From NCBI GenBank assembly GCA_963702475.1, contig CAVPCT010000005.1, positions 576,001 through 640,000 of the forward strand: a stretch of 64,000 bases of DNA, in the 5' to 3' direction. Shown here in pieces: positions 37,558 through 48,123 of the stretch (positions are counted from its first letter, which is position 1; each line of letters begins with the position of its first letter). Both the position numbers and the translations under genes were made by a program. Origin of the DNA: an uncultured Thermoleophilia bacterium (lineage in GTDB: Bacteria > Actinomycetota > Thermoleophilia > UBA2241). The notes under the pieces were generated by a model, which was given only the letters and a program-made list of their open reading frames with translations, was not told the DNA's origin and made no database searches.

Positions 37558-39263
37558 CAGTAGACACGCTCCTGTGGCTCGAAGAACCCGAGCGTGACCG
37601 GCCGGTAGGTGAGCACCGGTCCTTCGGGGCGGTAGCTGGCCATGGTGTGCCTCAGCCAGTGCTCGTCGTCGCGCGTGGGGAAGTCGGTGCGCGCGTGCGC
37701 GCCGCGCGACTCGGTGCGCGCGATGGCGCCCTGGGCCACGCACAGCGTGAGGTCGAGCATGCCCTCCAGCTCCAGGGTGCGCATCATGTCCAGGTTGAAG
37801 ATGCCGCCGGCGTTGCGCAGGCCGAGACGGGTGCAACGCTCCTTGAGCTTGAGCAGGCGCTCCAGGCCCTCGCGCATGGTGCGCTCGTCGCGGAACACGC
37901 CGTAGTGCTCCTTCATCGTCGTGGTCATGATCTCGCGGATGTCGTACGGGTCCTCGCCGTCCTTGCCGCGGGAGGCGAGGCTCGCGATGCGCGTCTCGAC
38001 GGCGGCCACCGCCTCGGCCGCGGCGAGCGACGGGTCGGGGCCGGACTCGCCGCCGAGCAGGTCCGCGGCCACGGCCGCGCCGGCGCGGCGGCCGAACACG
38101 ATGGTCTCGAGCAGCGAGTTGCCGCCGAGCCGGTTGGCGCCGTGCACGCTCACGCAGGCGCACTCGCCGGCGGCGTACAGGCCCTTCATCGGCGTGCGTC
38201 CGTCGACGTCGCAGTCGATGCCGCCCATCGAGTAGTGCTGGCTGGGCACGATGGGCACCGGCTCCTCCACCGGGTCGACGCCCTCGAAGTGGATGGCCAG
38301 GTCGCGGATGCCGGGCAGGCGCTCCTTGATGCGCTCGGCGCCGAGGTGCCGCAGGTCCAGGTACACGTAGCCCTGGCCGTCGATGCCGCGGCCCTCGTTG
38401 ATCTCGGTCTGGATGGAGCGCGCCGTGATGTCGCGCGGGGCGAGCTCCATGGCCTTGGGTGCGTAGCGCGCCATGAAGCGCTCGCCGTCGTTGTTGATGA
38501 GGTAGGCGCCCTCGCCGCGGGCCCCCTCGCTCATGAGGATGTTGGTGGTGAGCAGGCCCGTGGGGTGGATCTGCACGAACTCCATGTCCTCCATGGGCAC
38601 GCCGGCGTAGTAGCAGATCGCCCCGCCCCAGCCGGTGCTGATGATGGCGTTGGTGCTGTTGCTGTAGAGGCGGCCGGCGCCGCCGGTGGCCATGACCACG
38701 GCGTCGGCCGTGAAGGCGTGGAAGCCGCCGTTGATCATGTCGTAGACGGTGACGCCGCGGCACACGCCGTCCTGCACGATGAGGCTGGTGACGAAGACCT
38801 CCACGTACATCTTCACCTGGCGCTCGTAGGCGCGCTCCACGAGGCAGTGCAGCAGGTAGTGGCCGGTCTTGTCGGCGCCGTAGCAGGTCCTTGGAAAGCC
38901 GGCGCCGCCGAACGGCCGCTGGGCGATGCGCCCGTCGTCGAAGCGGCTGAACGGGCAGCCCCAGTGGTCCATCTCGAAGATGACCCCCGGCGCGTCCTTG
39001 GTCATCTGCATCACGGCGTCCTGGTCGGCCAGGTAGTCCGAGCCCTTGATGGTGTCGAAGCCGTGCTTCTCGGGGGTGTCGTCGTGGCCCTCGGGGTGGT
39101 TGGCCAGCGCGGCGTTGATGCCGCCCTGCGCCGCGCCGGAGTGGCTGCGCCCGGGGTGGACCTGGCTGATGATGGCGACGTCCAGGCCGTCGGCCTTGGC
39201 CTCGACGGCGGCGCGGCACCCCGCGAGCCCGCCGCCGACGACGATGAGCTGGTGGTGTGGCAT
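37557..39263 (-). CDS. sdhA: Succinate dehydrogenase/fumarate reductase flavoprotein
   Basis: GGGLAG, RSHSGAAQGG, QIHPTG, ELAPRD, HYSMGG, VHGANRLGGNSL, ESRGAH. Confidence 0.95.
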   Translation of the reverse strand: MPHHQLIVVGGGLAGCRAAVEAKADGLDVAIISQVHPGRSHSGAAQGGINAALANHPEGHDDTPEKHGFDTIKGSDYLADQDAVMQMTKDAPGVIFEMDHWGCPFSRFDDGRIAQRPFGGAGFPRTCYGADKTGHYLLHCLVERAYERQVKMYVEVFVTSLIVQDGVCRGVTVYDMINGGFHAFTADAVVMATGGAGRLYSNSTNAIISTGWGGAICYYAGVPMEDMEFVQIHPTGLLTTNILMSEGARGEGAYLINNDGERFMARYAPKAMELAPRDITARSIQTEINEGRGIDGQGYVYLDLRHLGAERIKERLPGIRDLAIHFEGVDPVEEPVPIVPSQHYSMGGIDCDVDGRTPMKGLYAAGECACVSVHGANRLGGNSLLETIVFGRRAGAAVAADLLGGESGPDPSLAAAEAVAAVETRIASLASRGKDGEDPYDIREIMTTTMKEHYGVFRDERTMREGLERLLKLKERCTRLGLRNAGGIFNLDMMRTLELEGMLDLTLCVAQGAIARTESRGAHARTDFPTRDDEHWLRHTMASYRPEGPVLTYRPVTLGFFEPQERVY

Positions 39264-39275
39264 TCCTTGCTCCCC

Positions 39276-39644
39276 TCAGCTCACCCAGACCCAGAGGGCC
39301 CAGATCCCGAAGATGACGGCGGCGATGCCGACGACCCAGAGCACGACGTCGAAGGCCTTGCGGCCGCCCGAGCTGCTGAGGCCCCAGTCGAGCACGACCA
39401 TGCGCAGGCCGTTCAGCCCGTGGTAGACGACGGCGAGCAGCAGCACGATGTCGTTGATCAGCACGCGCCGGCCGGCCAGCCGCTCGCCGATGTTGTCGAA
39501 GCTCAGCTCGCCGATGGCCACGTAGTGCGTGAGCACCAGGTGGATCAGGATGGTGACGATGACGAGCACCGCGGTGACGCGCTGGCCCAGCCAGGGCCAC
39601 ATGCCGCCGCGGGCCTTGTCCAGGGCTTCCGTTCTCATTGCCAT
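39276..39644 (-). CDS. sdhD: SDH hydrophobic membrane anchor
   Basis: QRVTAV...IH...YHGLNGLR..VLD; three TMs. Confidence 0.85.
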   Translation of the reverse strand: MAMRTEALDKARGGMWPWLGQRVTAVLVIVTILIHLVLTHYVAIGELSFDNIGERLAGRRVLINDIVLLLAVVYHGLNGLRMVVLDWGLSSSGGRKAFDVVLWVVGIAAVIFGIWALWVWVS

Positions 39645-39654
39645 GTCGGCCCCC

Positions 39655-40043
39655 TCAGCCCAGGATGAACGACGAGGCCTTGGCGGCGAACAGCGCAAGC
39701 GTGAGCGCCGCCACGAGCATGCACACCCAGAAGATGGCCTTGTGCCGGTGCACGCCGACGCCGAGGTCCATGAGGATGATGCGCACGCCGTTCAGGGCGT
39801 GGTAGAGCACCGCCGCCACGAGCATGAGGTCGAGGAAGACCAGCAGGGGCTTGTCGAAGAACTCGAACAGGTTGTCGATGGCCTCCGGGCCGCCGATGCG
39901 GCCCTGCGAGATCACCCACACGTGGACGAACAGGTAGAAGACCAGCACCAGGCCGCTGATGCGGAAGAGCATCCAGGCCCACATGCCCTGCCCTTCCACA
40001 ACCCGGCCCCGACGTTGGCCTGCTCGCGCTCCTTGACGGCCAA
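39655..40043 (-). CDS. sdhC: SDH cytochrome b556 subunit (frameshift near 39990)
   Basis: GMWAWMLFRISG...HV...YHALNGVRIILMD; GGAGG RBS before TTG. Confidence 0.85.
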
Positions 40044-40064
40044 GACAGGCACCTCCCCGGCTTC

Positions 40065-40235
40065 TCTCTCGTGACGGCGCTCGCGCGCGCGGCACTGCAC
40101 TCTCGCGTGATGCGCTCACGCGCGGGCGCACGCACGCCGGCTGCGCTCTGCGCCTTGTGCACTCACGCCTTCTGCACTCACGCGCGACCGGCTCACGCTC
40201 ACGCTCACGCGTGACTGGCTCGCGTGTGACTGCGT
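40065..40235. repeat. CTCACG/CTCGCG-rich low-complexity tract in the sdh leader
   Basis: CTCACG at 40115, 40162, 40177, 40192, 40198 and 40204. Confidence 0.6.
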
Positions 40236-40536
40236 GCTGACTAGTTGTGGGATTCGTCCCCCCGCGCGCGAGTCCTAGCGGACCGCGGGGGGCCGGCCGC
40301 CCGGCCCCTGCACGAGGCCGGCCGGTCCGAAGAATGATATCGGCATACCAAAAGTGATGACAAGGAGCCGGGATGGCCAAAGCCGGGCGCGGGAGGGCTC
40401 CACTTGCGCGGCCAGGTGCTGCTCGCAAGGCACTCGCCTTGATACTCCGCCATGACCCGCGGCGGGACATCCTGCTACTCGTGGCCTCAAAGAGGATACT
40501 GTTGCAGAAGGCCCCCACACACACAGGATCGCGAAC

Positions 40537-42249
40537 CTAGAGCAGGTACGAGTACTTGCGCAGTTCCGCGGACAACGCCTCGCTGGCGGCGGCCATTTCG
40601 GACTCGCCTACGGCAGCCTCGAGAGCTGCGACCAAGCCCGCTATCCGAGATGCCTGCGCGTCATCGAGAAACGGCATCACCTTCTGCCGCGCCTGCTGGA
40701 GAAGGAGCAGCACCTGCGGATCGCGAGTCGTGCTTGAAACCTCGGTACGCTGGACTTCTTGACTCTCGATGGTCTGATCAACGCGCTGGGCTATTTCCAC
40801 CAACTGCCGCTTGTCCTGGGTAACGCCGGTCGTGACTTCTTCTTGGAGTATCACCTGGCGCGTGACGTTGTCGATGAGCGTTACGTAGACGATGCCGTCC
40901 ATCTTGTACTCGTAGGTCAGGTCAAGCGACGCCTCGCCGCGAGGACGAGGAGTAATCGGAACGTTCCAGCTGCACAGCTCGATGATGTCGGGGTCGTCCA
41001 GCCCGGCAACCGGGTCGCCTTCGAGGATGTCGACCTTCACAACCTCCTGAAGATCGACCGCCGGTACGTACGTCTCGGTGCGCTTGGCGGGCAACTTGTG
41101 ATTGCGGGGGATGATCTCGCTGAATTCGAGGGTGCCCGGCACCCGGCCAATGACGGTCGTTCCTAGAGCATGCTCGGTGGACACAAGGAAGTCCGCGGAT
41201 TCAAGTTCCCCGCTCATGATGGCCGCCGCAATCGCAGCACCTTCGGCAATCGCCGTCATGGGATCGATGTTGGGAGCAGGGTCCATGTTGAGCAACTCAC
41301 AGATGAACTGGCGAACCGCTGGAATCTTGCACGTCCCACCGACGAGCAGGAGGGTATCGACGTCCGACGCCTGACGCTTGCCGTCGGCAAGGGTGCGTTC
41401 GATGGGGCCGCGCACTCTGTCAACGAGAGCCCGCGTCTCTTCGTCGAAGATCCGTCGCGTCACGTGCCGGTACTCTCCCCCAGGCATCGCCACGTTCGTT
41501 TCTTCAGCAGCGGAGAGCTTGATCTTAGCCTTCTCACACTCGATCTTCAGCGCACCCACATCGACGGGCGACCACGACTCAACGCCCGAAGATGCCGCGC
41601 GGAGCTTGTTGAACAGGATCCGGTCGAAGTCCAGCCCGCCGCATTCGATGACGCCGCTCGACGACTGCTCATGGAAGACCTGGTCCATCGACTCGAGAAG
41701 AGTGACATCCAGGGTCCCCCCGCCCCAGTCAACCACGAGTACGGTCTTGTCGCCCGGGGTCTCGTAGCCATGCGCCATGGCGGCTGCCGTCGGTTCGTTG
41801 ATGAGCGTCAGCACCTGGATCCCACCCATGCCTGCGCAGATCTTCGTCCGGGCACGCGCGAGGCCACGACTGTTCGCGGGGACGGTGATGACCGCCTGCG
41901 CGACCTCAGATCCGCCCCACATCGTCGGCGCTGTTCGGAGGTGGCCGAAGATGAGCGCCGCCACCTCTTCCACGAGGTAGGCCTGGCCGCCCACCTCGAC
42001 GACCTCTTCACCCTTGAACAGCCGTTTGATCGCCTCGATCTTGTTGTCGTGCCGCATCTTGGCCGCGAAGCCGAAAAGGGGCTCATTGTCCCGACCCACC
42101 GCGAACACCGTAGGCATGATGTTCTGATAGCCGAAAGTCTCCCACTCTCCTGAGGGCGGCTGATCGATCTGCAGGACGCTGACGTCACCGGCGGCGAACT
42201 GGGCCACCACCGAGTTGGTCGTGCCGAAATCGATTCCAAAGGAACTCAT
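40537..42249 (-). CDS. Divergent Hsp70-family protein (not the housekeeping DnaK)
   Basis: GIDFGTTNS, AVITVPA, INEPTAAA, DWGGGTLD, GGLDFD, EKAKIKLS, LVGGT, IIPRN substrate-binding domain; 570 aa. Confidence 0.93.
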   Translation of the reverse strand: MSSFGIDFGTTNSVVAQFAAGDVSVLQIDQPPSGEWETFGYQNIMPTVFAVGRDNEPLFGFAAKMRHDNKIEAIKRLFKGEEVVEVGGQAYLVEEVAALIFGHLRTAPTMWGGSEVAQAVITVPANSRGLARARTKICAGMGGIQVLTLINEPTAAAMAHGYETPGDKTVLVVDWGGGTLDVTLLESMDQVFHEQSSSGVIECGGLDFDRILFNKLRAASSGVESWSPVDVGALKIECEKAKIKLSAAEETNVAMPGGEYRHVTRRIFDEETRALVDRVRGPIERTLADGKRQASDVDTLLLVGGTCKIPAVRQFICELLNMDPAPNIDPMTAIAEGAAIAAAIMSGELESADFLVSTEHALGTTVIGRVPGTLEFSEIIPRNHKLPAKRTETYVPAVDLQEVVKVDILEGDPVAGLDDPDIIELCSWNVPITPRPRGEASLDLTYEYKMDGIVYVTLIDNVTRQVILQEEVTTGVTQDKRQLVEIAQRVDQTIESQEVQRTEVSSTTRDPQVLLLLQQARQKVMPFLDDAQASRIAGLVAALEAAVGESEMAAASEALSAELRKYSYLL

Positions 42250-42828
42250 GTCACCTCCTCCTCGACCGGAGCCTCGGCGTCGCTGGACTCGTCGACTCCC
42301 TCTTGCCCGGGTGTCGCAGACGGCGCTGCTCGCTGAGGCGACTGCCGAGCCTCGTCCGGGTGTGCGTCGCGCGTCTCGGCCACGGCTTCAGACTGCCTTA
42401 CTGCGTTCGAGTCCACGGCTCTCGCCTGCCCCTGCTTGATGACTCGGCTGCTGATGGCGTCGATATACGCCGGGACCAAGATCTCCAGGCGGTCTCCGGT
42501 GCCGTCGACGACTTCGAAGGCCTCGGGCTGCGAAGCATCCTGGAACCTCACCATGCCGGCCTGCTCAATCCACTCCGCCACAAGCCGGCGCAGAGTCTCG
42601 ACGTCCTCAGTCCGCGAGAGCGCCACATCGAGTTGCGCTAGTTGCACAAGGTGCATGGTGAGATCCTGGACGGCCGCGACGACCGTCTTCCGCAGGCCTT
42701 CGAGGCCTCTACGGAACGCGACGTGCCCGGATCCCGACGACCAGTGCGACCTCAACCCTATCGAGCTTCCGGTCGACCGTGTCGAGCAGCCGGATGATCT
42801 CGTCAAGGCGCTCTCTCTCTTTCCTCAT
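42246..42828 (-). CDS. GrpE-like protein (frameshift near 42720)
   Basis: Helical N-terminus MRKERERLDEIIRLLD...; C-terminal PEAFEVV...EILVPAY...RVIKQGQARAV resembles the GrpE beta-head; ATGA overlaps with both neighbours. Confidence 0.55.
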
Positions 42829-43244
42829 TGCGGATCAGCCTTTCCTAGAGGGAACAGCACGGACACATCGATGCGTTCTGCGCTCAAGTGAACGAGAGCA
42901 TCGACCGCTTCGTCGAGCGCTCTCGCGCGGATCTCCTCCAGTTCCTCACTTGTCGGCCTTGCCGTACTCCTTGCCAACGGGACGGCCGGAATCTCAAGCC
43001 CCCCCATCTCGGCAAACAGCGCCCGGTCAGCGGGCACGCGGTAGTGATCGACGGCCGACCCCGGATCGTCAATCGCCTGTTCGATCGCGTGAAGAGCCCA
43101 CGTGACATCTTCGATGCCGTAGAGAGCGTCGGGGTCGCGCTTCACGCGCCTGAGCACTGCCCCGGCTGCCTTCCGCGCGGCGTCGCGCGAGGCCCCGTAG
43201 TCGATGCCAAGAATGAAATAGGGGTTGCGGCGCTCGTCATCCAT
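42825..43244 (-). CDS. J-domain-like protein lacking HPD
   Basis: NPYFILGIDYGASRDAARKA...KRDPD matches the J-domain helix I-II pattern with DPD in place of HPD. Confidence 0.65.
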   Translation of the reverse strand: MDDERRNPYFILGIDYGASRDAARKAAGAVLRRVKRDPDALYGIEDVTWALHAIEQAIDDPGSAVDHYRVPADRALFAEMGGLEIPAVPLARSTARPTSEELEEIRARALDEAVDALVHLSAERIDVSVLFPLGKADPQ

Positions 43245-43250
43245 CGGCTG

Positions 43251-46093
43251 TCACCTCGAAAGGGCCATGAGCAGGTAGTACAGACGCTCGCTTTCCGATC
43301 GCAGGTCACGCAACGCATCGGCAAGCTCTTCGTCGCCAAGGTGCGGTGTGATTTTGTCGAGAATCTTGCAGGTGTCGGTGCAGAACCGCATGACCGGGTT
43401 CGTCGCCACGAGCACGGCGGCGCGATTCACGCTATACCCGTGGCCGACACTGGCGATCTGCTGCCCGATGCGGTTGTAGAAGCCGAACGCCTCGCGAAGC
43501 TCTGAGTCGCGATACCTGCCTACCACCGCCGCCATCTCGGCGAATCCGATGCTCAGCATGGCCTGCGCGTACTCGCGTTCGTCCGCCGGAAGGGAGGCCA
43601 GTTCGCTCTTGGCGTAGATCAGCATGTCGAGGAACTTGTCTTTGGGTTCCCCTCCGTCCTCAGTGACGCTCTCCGCAACGCCCGCCACCACGAGTCCGAC
43701 CAACGGAATCCTCTCCCCCGCGTCCATCGGCATGTCGGCCTCAATGACGTCGATGCCGAGCATGCGGCCCACGTCTCGGCCGGGGTCTTTGTGAGCCCCG
43801 TCATGAGGGCGCCCACCAATCCATCCCGCTCTTCGATCAACCACCTCGCGTCGGAGTTCCCCCGCAAGGCGGCTGCAAGGGCAACAATGAACGTATCGAT
43901 CCCCTTGGCCCTCGCCCCGTAGACCCTGGCCTCCACCGAACCAGGTGCGGAGACGATGAGGCTGTCGTTCCGACGAAGCCATTCAGCGTCGACGGAGGCC
44001 ATCAATCGCAGGGGGCTGCGGAACGGATCGCAGTCCCACCGGACCGGCCACGCCCACCAGTGCGTGCACCAAATCCTCGGGCATGTCCGCCTCGGGGTCC
44101 GTCGTCGAACTCGCTGGCGCTGAACCCACAGTCACGGCCCGAAGCGACGGCGACCACGCAAAGCTCAGGGGAGGGAGACTCAGCACCAGTCGGGCGAGAT
44201 GGTGAGCCCCGGCAGCGGGGTCCTCACCTCCAGAGACGACACCAATGTTGGCTTGTAGAGCCGACGAGTGCTCGTTGTCGATGGCTTGCTCAAGGGCTTG
44301 AATCGCAGCCTCGTCGCGTCCAACTTGCCACTGTACCGCCGCCATCAAGTTCAGCGCTTCATCCTGGTGGCTTCGGCGCGGGACATCGAAAGACACTGCT
44401 TGGCAAGGGCCAGTGTCTTCTCCCACTCCCACGCGTAGAGGTGGTCTTGCCTCGTAAGCTTGGGGAACTCCAGGAACTCGGGCCCTGCTTCTATCAGAGC
44501 CGGCCTTCGCGTGACAGCGGTCGCACAGCGCGAAGGACGGGAAACGCGTACAGACAAGAGCGCCGGTGTCGCCGGCTCCAAGCTGTCGGCTTGGACGCAG
44601 GCGGCGAGCGCGTTGAGCTTGTCGTGCTGTTCTGGGTTCATGCCGGGGACCGTTACTGGTCGGACTCGGGTCTCAGAGGCCGATGTTGTGCGCGAAAGCC
44701 GGCCGCGTACCAGGACGACTGCAGTTCAAGGTCGGCCGTGACTTCGGGGACGCCCTGCGGCCACGCATGGCGTGTCGCGTGGCGCTTGAAACCATGGTGT
44801 TGAGCACTCTTAGCCGTGCTCGAAAGCCTAGCTTGAAACGTGCGCGTAGCGCCACATGAATGGTGCCGACGACGCCGGGAGAGCCTGGTCAATCAGGTCA
44901 TCAAGCACAGACATCGGCAGAGTAGCAAGGAAGTCGGGAGCCGCCTTGGTGAGGTCCGAGCAACGACCGCCGAATGTCGCGAGAAGCTCGAACGCGGGTC
45001 TGGGACCTCAAGATCATCCGGGAAACGGAGGGGACCCTGTGATGCCGATCTCGCCATCTCCGACGCTGCCAACCTGGCACTGGTAGCCTGCGGAGTGAGG
45101 CTAGACCGCGGTCAATGAAACGAGCAGCGCCACGAGCGGCCAGGTGCGTGACGAGTCGCGCGGCCAAGTCAGTGGCCCAAGGAGAACGTGCTGGACTAGG
45201 GCCACGGCCGGGTTGGCTTCGCAGCACCCTCCAGCGCCTCTGCCACTCGCTGCGCAGCGCTCGTTTCGACAGAGTGGTCCAGCAACGCAGCACCACCACA
45301 AGCTTGACCGGATACCCGGAGGGGAGCATCGTCATGACGATGAGCGCTGCCTCCCGTGGCACTGGAGCGTGCAGCAATGACGCGTACCAATGCGCGCGGA
45401 GTCACTCAGCGGGATCTGCGCGAGGAGATCCTCACGGGAGCACCGAAGCACGTCCGCGACCGTGAGACGGAACTGGCCGTGGCCTGGTTGATCTCAGAGC
45501 GCTACGGAGGCGCTCGCGGTCAGTCTGCACCTTCGATCACACGCCGTGAACGAGCGACCATGCCCGCGTGCCGCTGCGGCCTCGTGCGAGGGCCTCGACG
45601 ATCGTGAGGACGTTCCACCTCGACGCCTCGACTACGTGGAGCGTGAGCGTCGTCGTTGTGGCAACAACGATGGCGGCTTCTTGGTGAACCCTCTTCGGAC
45701 TTGATAGACACTCCCTAGCTGCCCTCGAGGCTGGGACCTGGGGAGAGAGAGCGTGGCCCTGCACTCGGTGCACACTGCGCCGACGGACGGCCAAGCACCG
45801 CAAGACCAGCAGAAGGGAGGCAACGGCAGGTCAATGGCGGAAGTCGCATCCGGCACACCGACCGCGCTGGGCAACTTGGCCGTTGAGGGCGCAGAAGACT
45901 CTCTCGTCGGGACTTGCGCAACCACCCACTCGCGCAAACCCTCATAGGCCCACTTCAGGTGCCCCTGTGCGTCATAGTCGATGACGTGCGTCGGCGATAT
46001 AGGTCCGTGACCCTCAAGGAAGTACTGCCGGTTCTCGTAGCGAATGGTCTTGCCGACCCACGCGGTACTGGGTCCGAACGTCGCGAGAAGCAT
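43251..46093 (-). CDS. Large Zn-ribbon/TPR-like protein, broken by many frameshifts (may be more than one gene)
   Basis: Joinable fragments: MLLATFGPSTAWVGK..., CWSC..CTEC, WEWEKTLALAKQCL / EALNLMAAVQWQVGRDEAAIQALEQAI (TPR-like), helical C-terminus ending YLLMALSR*. Confidence 0.5.
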
Positions 46094-46345
46094 CGCCCCT
46101 CCGGGTCGACACCGTGGAGGGATTATCGACATCGAGAGGGCCGCCCTTGATGCGCGGCGAGACAATGCACGCGTGAGCCGGGGAGTCGTCCGAAAGGTCG
46201 GCGCAGGGACACGTCCGCCGGCTCGAGCTGGCAGCTGGGCTTCGACTACCCACCACACTCTCCTCAAGTCAGTCGCCCCAGGGAACGTCATGGGTTCCTC
46301 TACTCGATTCAGTAACAACGGAAGATGAATCCTCAGGTCGGAGCA

Positions 46346-47909
46346 GCGCTCGCCGTGCACGTCGAACTTCTGGCCGTCGTCCTGGAGCAGGCCGGAGAGC
46401 TGCTCCCACTTCTTGTCGCAGCCGGAGAAGCCCACCTTGTCGGCGAGCTCTCGTGATGGGTCCGCGTGACATCTCGTACGCAGTTCCTGGATGGTCTGCG
46501 CCGCCGAGGCCTGGTCGACGACCTGCTCCTCGAGCTCCTCGAGCTCCTCGTCGGGCAGCTCGTCGAGGTCTTCGAGGTCCTCGATGTCGAGCTCGGGGGC
46601 GACGGCGCCGGTGGCGAGCAGCACGTCGGCCTGCTCGGCCGTCACCTGGGCGCCGCGGCGCAGCAGCTTCTCCTCCTCGAGCTTGGCCTCGAGGCGCTTG
46701 CGGCGGCGCTTCAGCGACTGGTAGATCGCCTCGGGCGAGGAGGCGAGGCGGCGCTGCAGGGTGGTGAGCGCGAAGCCGACGGCGATGCGCCGGCGCCCCT
46801 GGCCCTGCTCGTTGGCGAGCCGGTCGGCGCGGTTCATCTCCTCGCGCACGTAGGTCGGTGAACTCGTTGTAGAGGTACGCCTCGTCGGCGGAAAGCGCGT
46901 ACTTGACGGCGTAGGCGCGGCGCTCGGGGAACAGCGGCCGCCCGTCAATGTGGCGCAGCTGCTCCTTGGAGAGGCGGCGCATCATGTCGCGGGCGCCGGC
47001 CTCCTTGCTGTGCCCCTCTTGCCGCGCACCTTGCCGGCGAAGCGGTCGTAGTCGAGCAGCGCCATGAAGAGGTCGAAGTCCTCGGGCTTGCCGCTGTGCG
47101 GCGTCGCTGTCATCAGCAGCAAGTGGCGCGTCACCTCGCCGAGGCGCATGCCGAGCTTGTAGCGCTTGGTCTCCTTGACCTCGTTGCCGAAGTAGTGCGC
47201 CGACATCTTGTGGGCCTCGTCGCAGATCACGAGGTCCCAGTCGCTCTGGCTGAGCTTGGCGAGCAGCTCCTCGTTACGCGAGAGGTGGTCGAGGCGGGCG
47301 ATGAGCAGGTCCTTCTCGAGGAAGGGGTTGCCGGCGTACGAGGCGTCGATCATCTGCCGCGTGACGATCTCGAAGGGGAGGTGGAACTTCTCGCGCAGCT
47401 CGTCCTGCCACTGGTCGACCAGCATGCCCGGGCAGACGATGAGGCACGCGCTTGGCGTCGCCGCGCACCATGAGCTCCTTGATGAGCAGGCCGGCCATGA
47501 TGGTCTTGCCGGCGCCGGGGTCGTCGGCGAGCAGGAAGTGCAGTGGCTGGCGGGAGAGCATCTCCTCGTAGACCGCCGAGATCTGGTGCGGCAGCGGCAT
47601 CACGTTGGAGGTGCTGACCGCGAGCAGCGGGTCAAAGAGGTAGGCGAGCTGGATGCGGCGCGCCTCGCTGACGAGGCGGAAGAGCGCGCCGTCGGCGGTG
47701 AGGGACCAGGCCTTGCCGGGCAGCCTCGACCTCAAACCGCGACTCGGCGTCCCGGTAGAGGACCTCCTCGCCGACGCGGCCCGCGTCATCGCGGTAGGTG
47801 AGCGTAAGCGCGGCGGTGCCGTGCCACTGCCGGCGACGACGGTCACCGCCTGGCCCGCGACCACCCCGGTCACGCGCGCGCCAGGCGTGAGGTCCTCGAG
47901 ACGTGCCAT
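46346..47909 (-). pseudogene. Truncated SNF2-family helicase
   Basis: [38 protein letters not shown]. Stops just before the C-terminal helicase domain, where composition changes; several frameshifts. Confidence 0.85.
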
Positions 47910-48123
47910 GCGGAGAGGCCCCTCTCGTCAGCTCGTCAGAATGCCGGGCTCGGCTCCCCTCAGGCCCGGCGAGCTCAGACCGAACACACCTGCCGGGACT
48001 CTAGCAGTTGAGGGTGACGGATGGCAGGGCCGACTCAAGTCTCAACCCGGAGCCGTGCGGCCGTTTACATTGCGTCGGCAGCTCTGGACGACAGCGCCGG
48101 CCGGGGCAGCCACAATGCGTCCA

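Noticed and set aside
36831-40043. sdhB/sdhC as pseudogenes or programmed frameshifts
   Set aside because: Single-base shifts with all motifs intact and no slippery sites; most likely sequencing errors.
40537-42249. Housekeeping dnaK
   Set aside because: Divergent motifs, atypical GC, reversed partner order, and no canonical dnaJ or hspR.
45632-46948. Helicase-Zn-ribbon fusion ORF (438 aa)
   Set aside because: Read-through across the truncation junction and a non-coding-looking spacer; better read as two separate genes.
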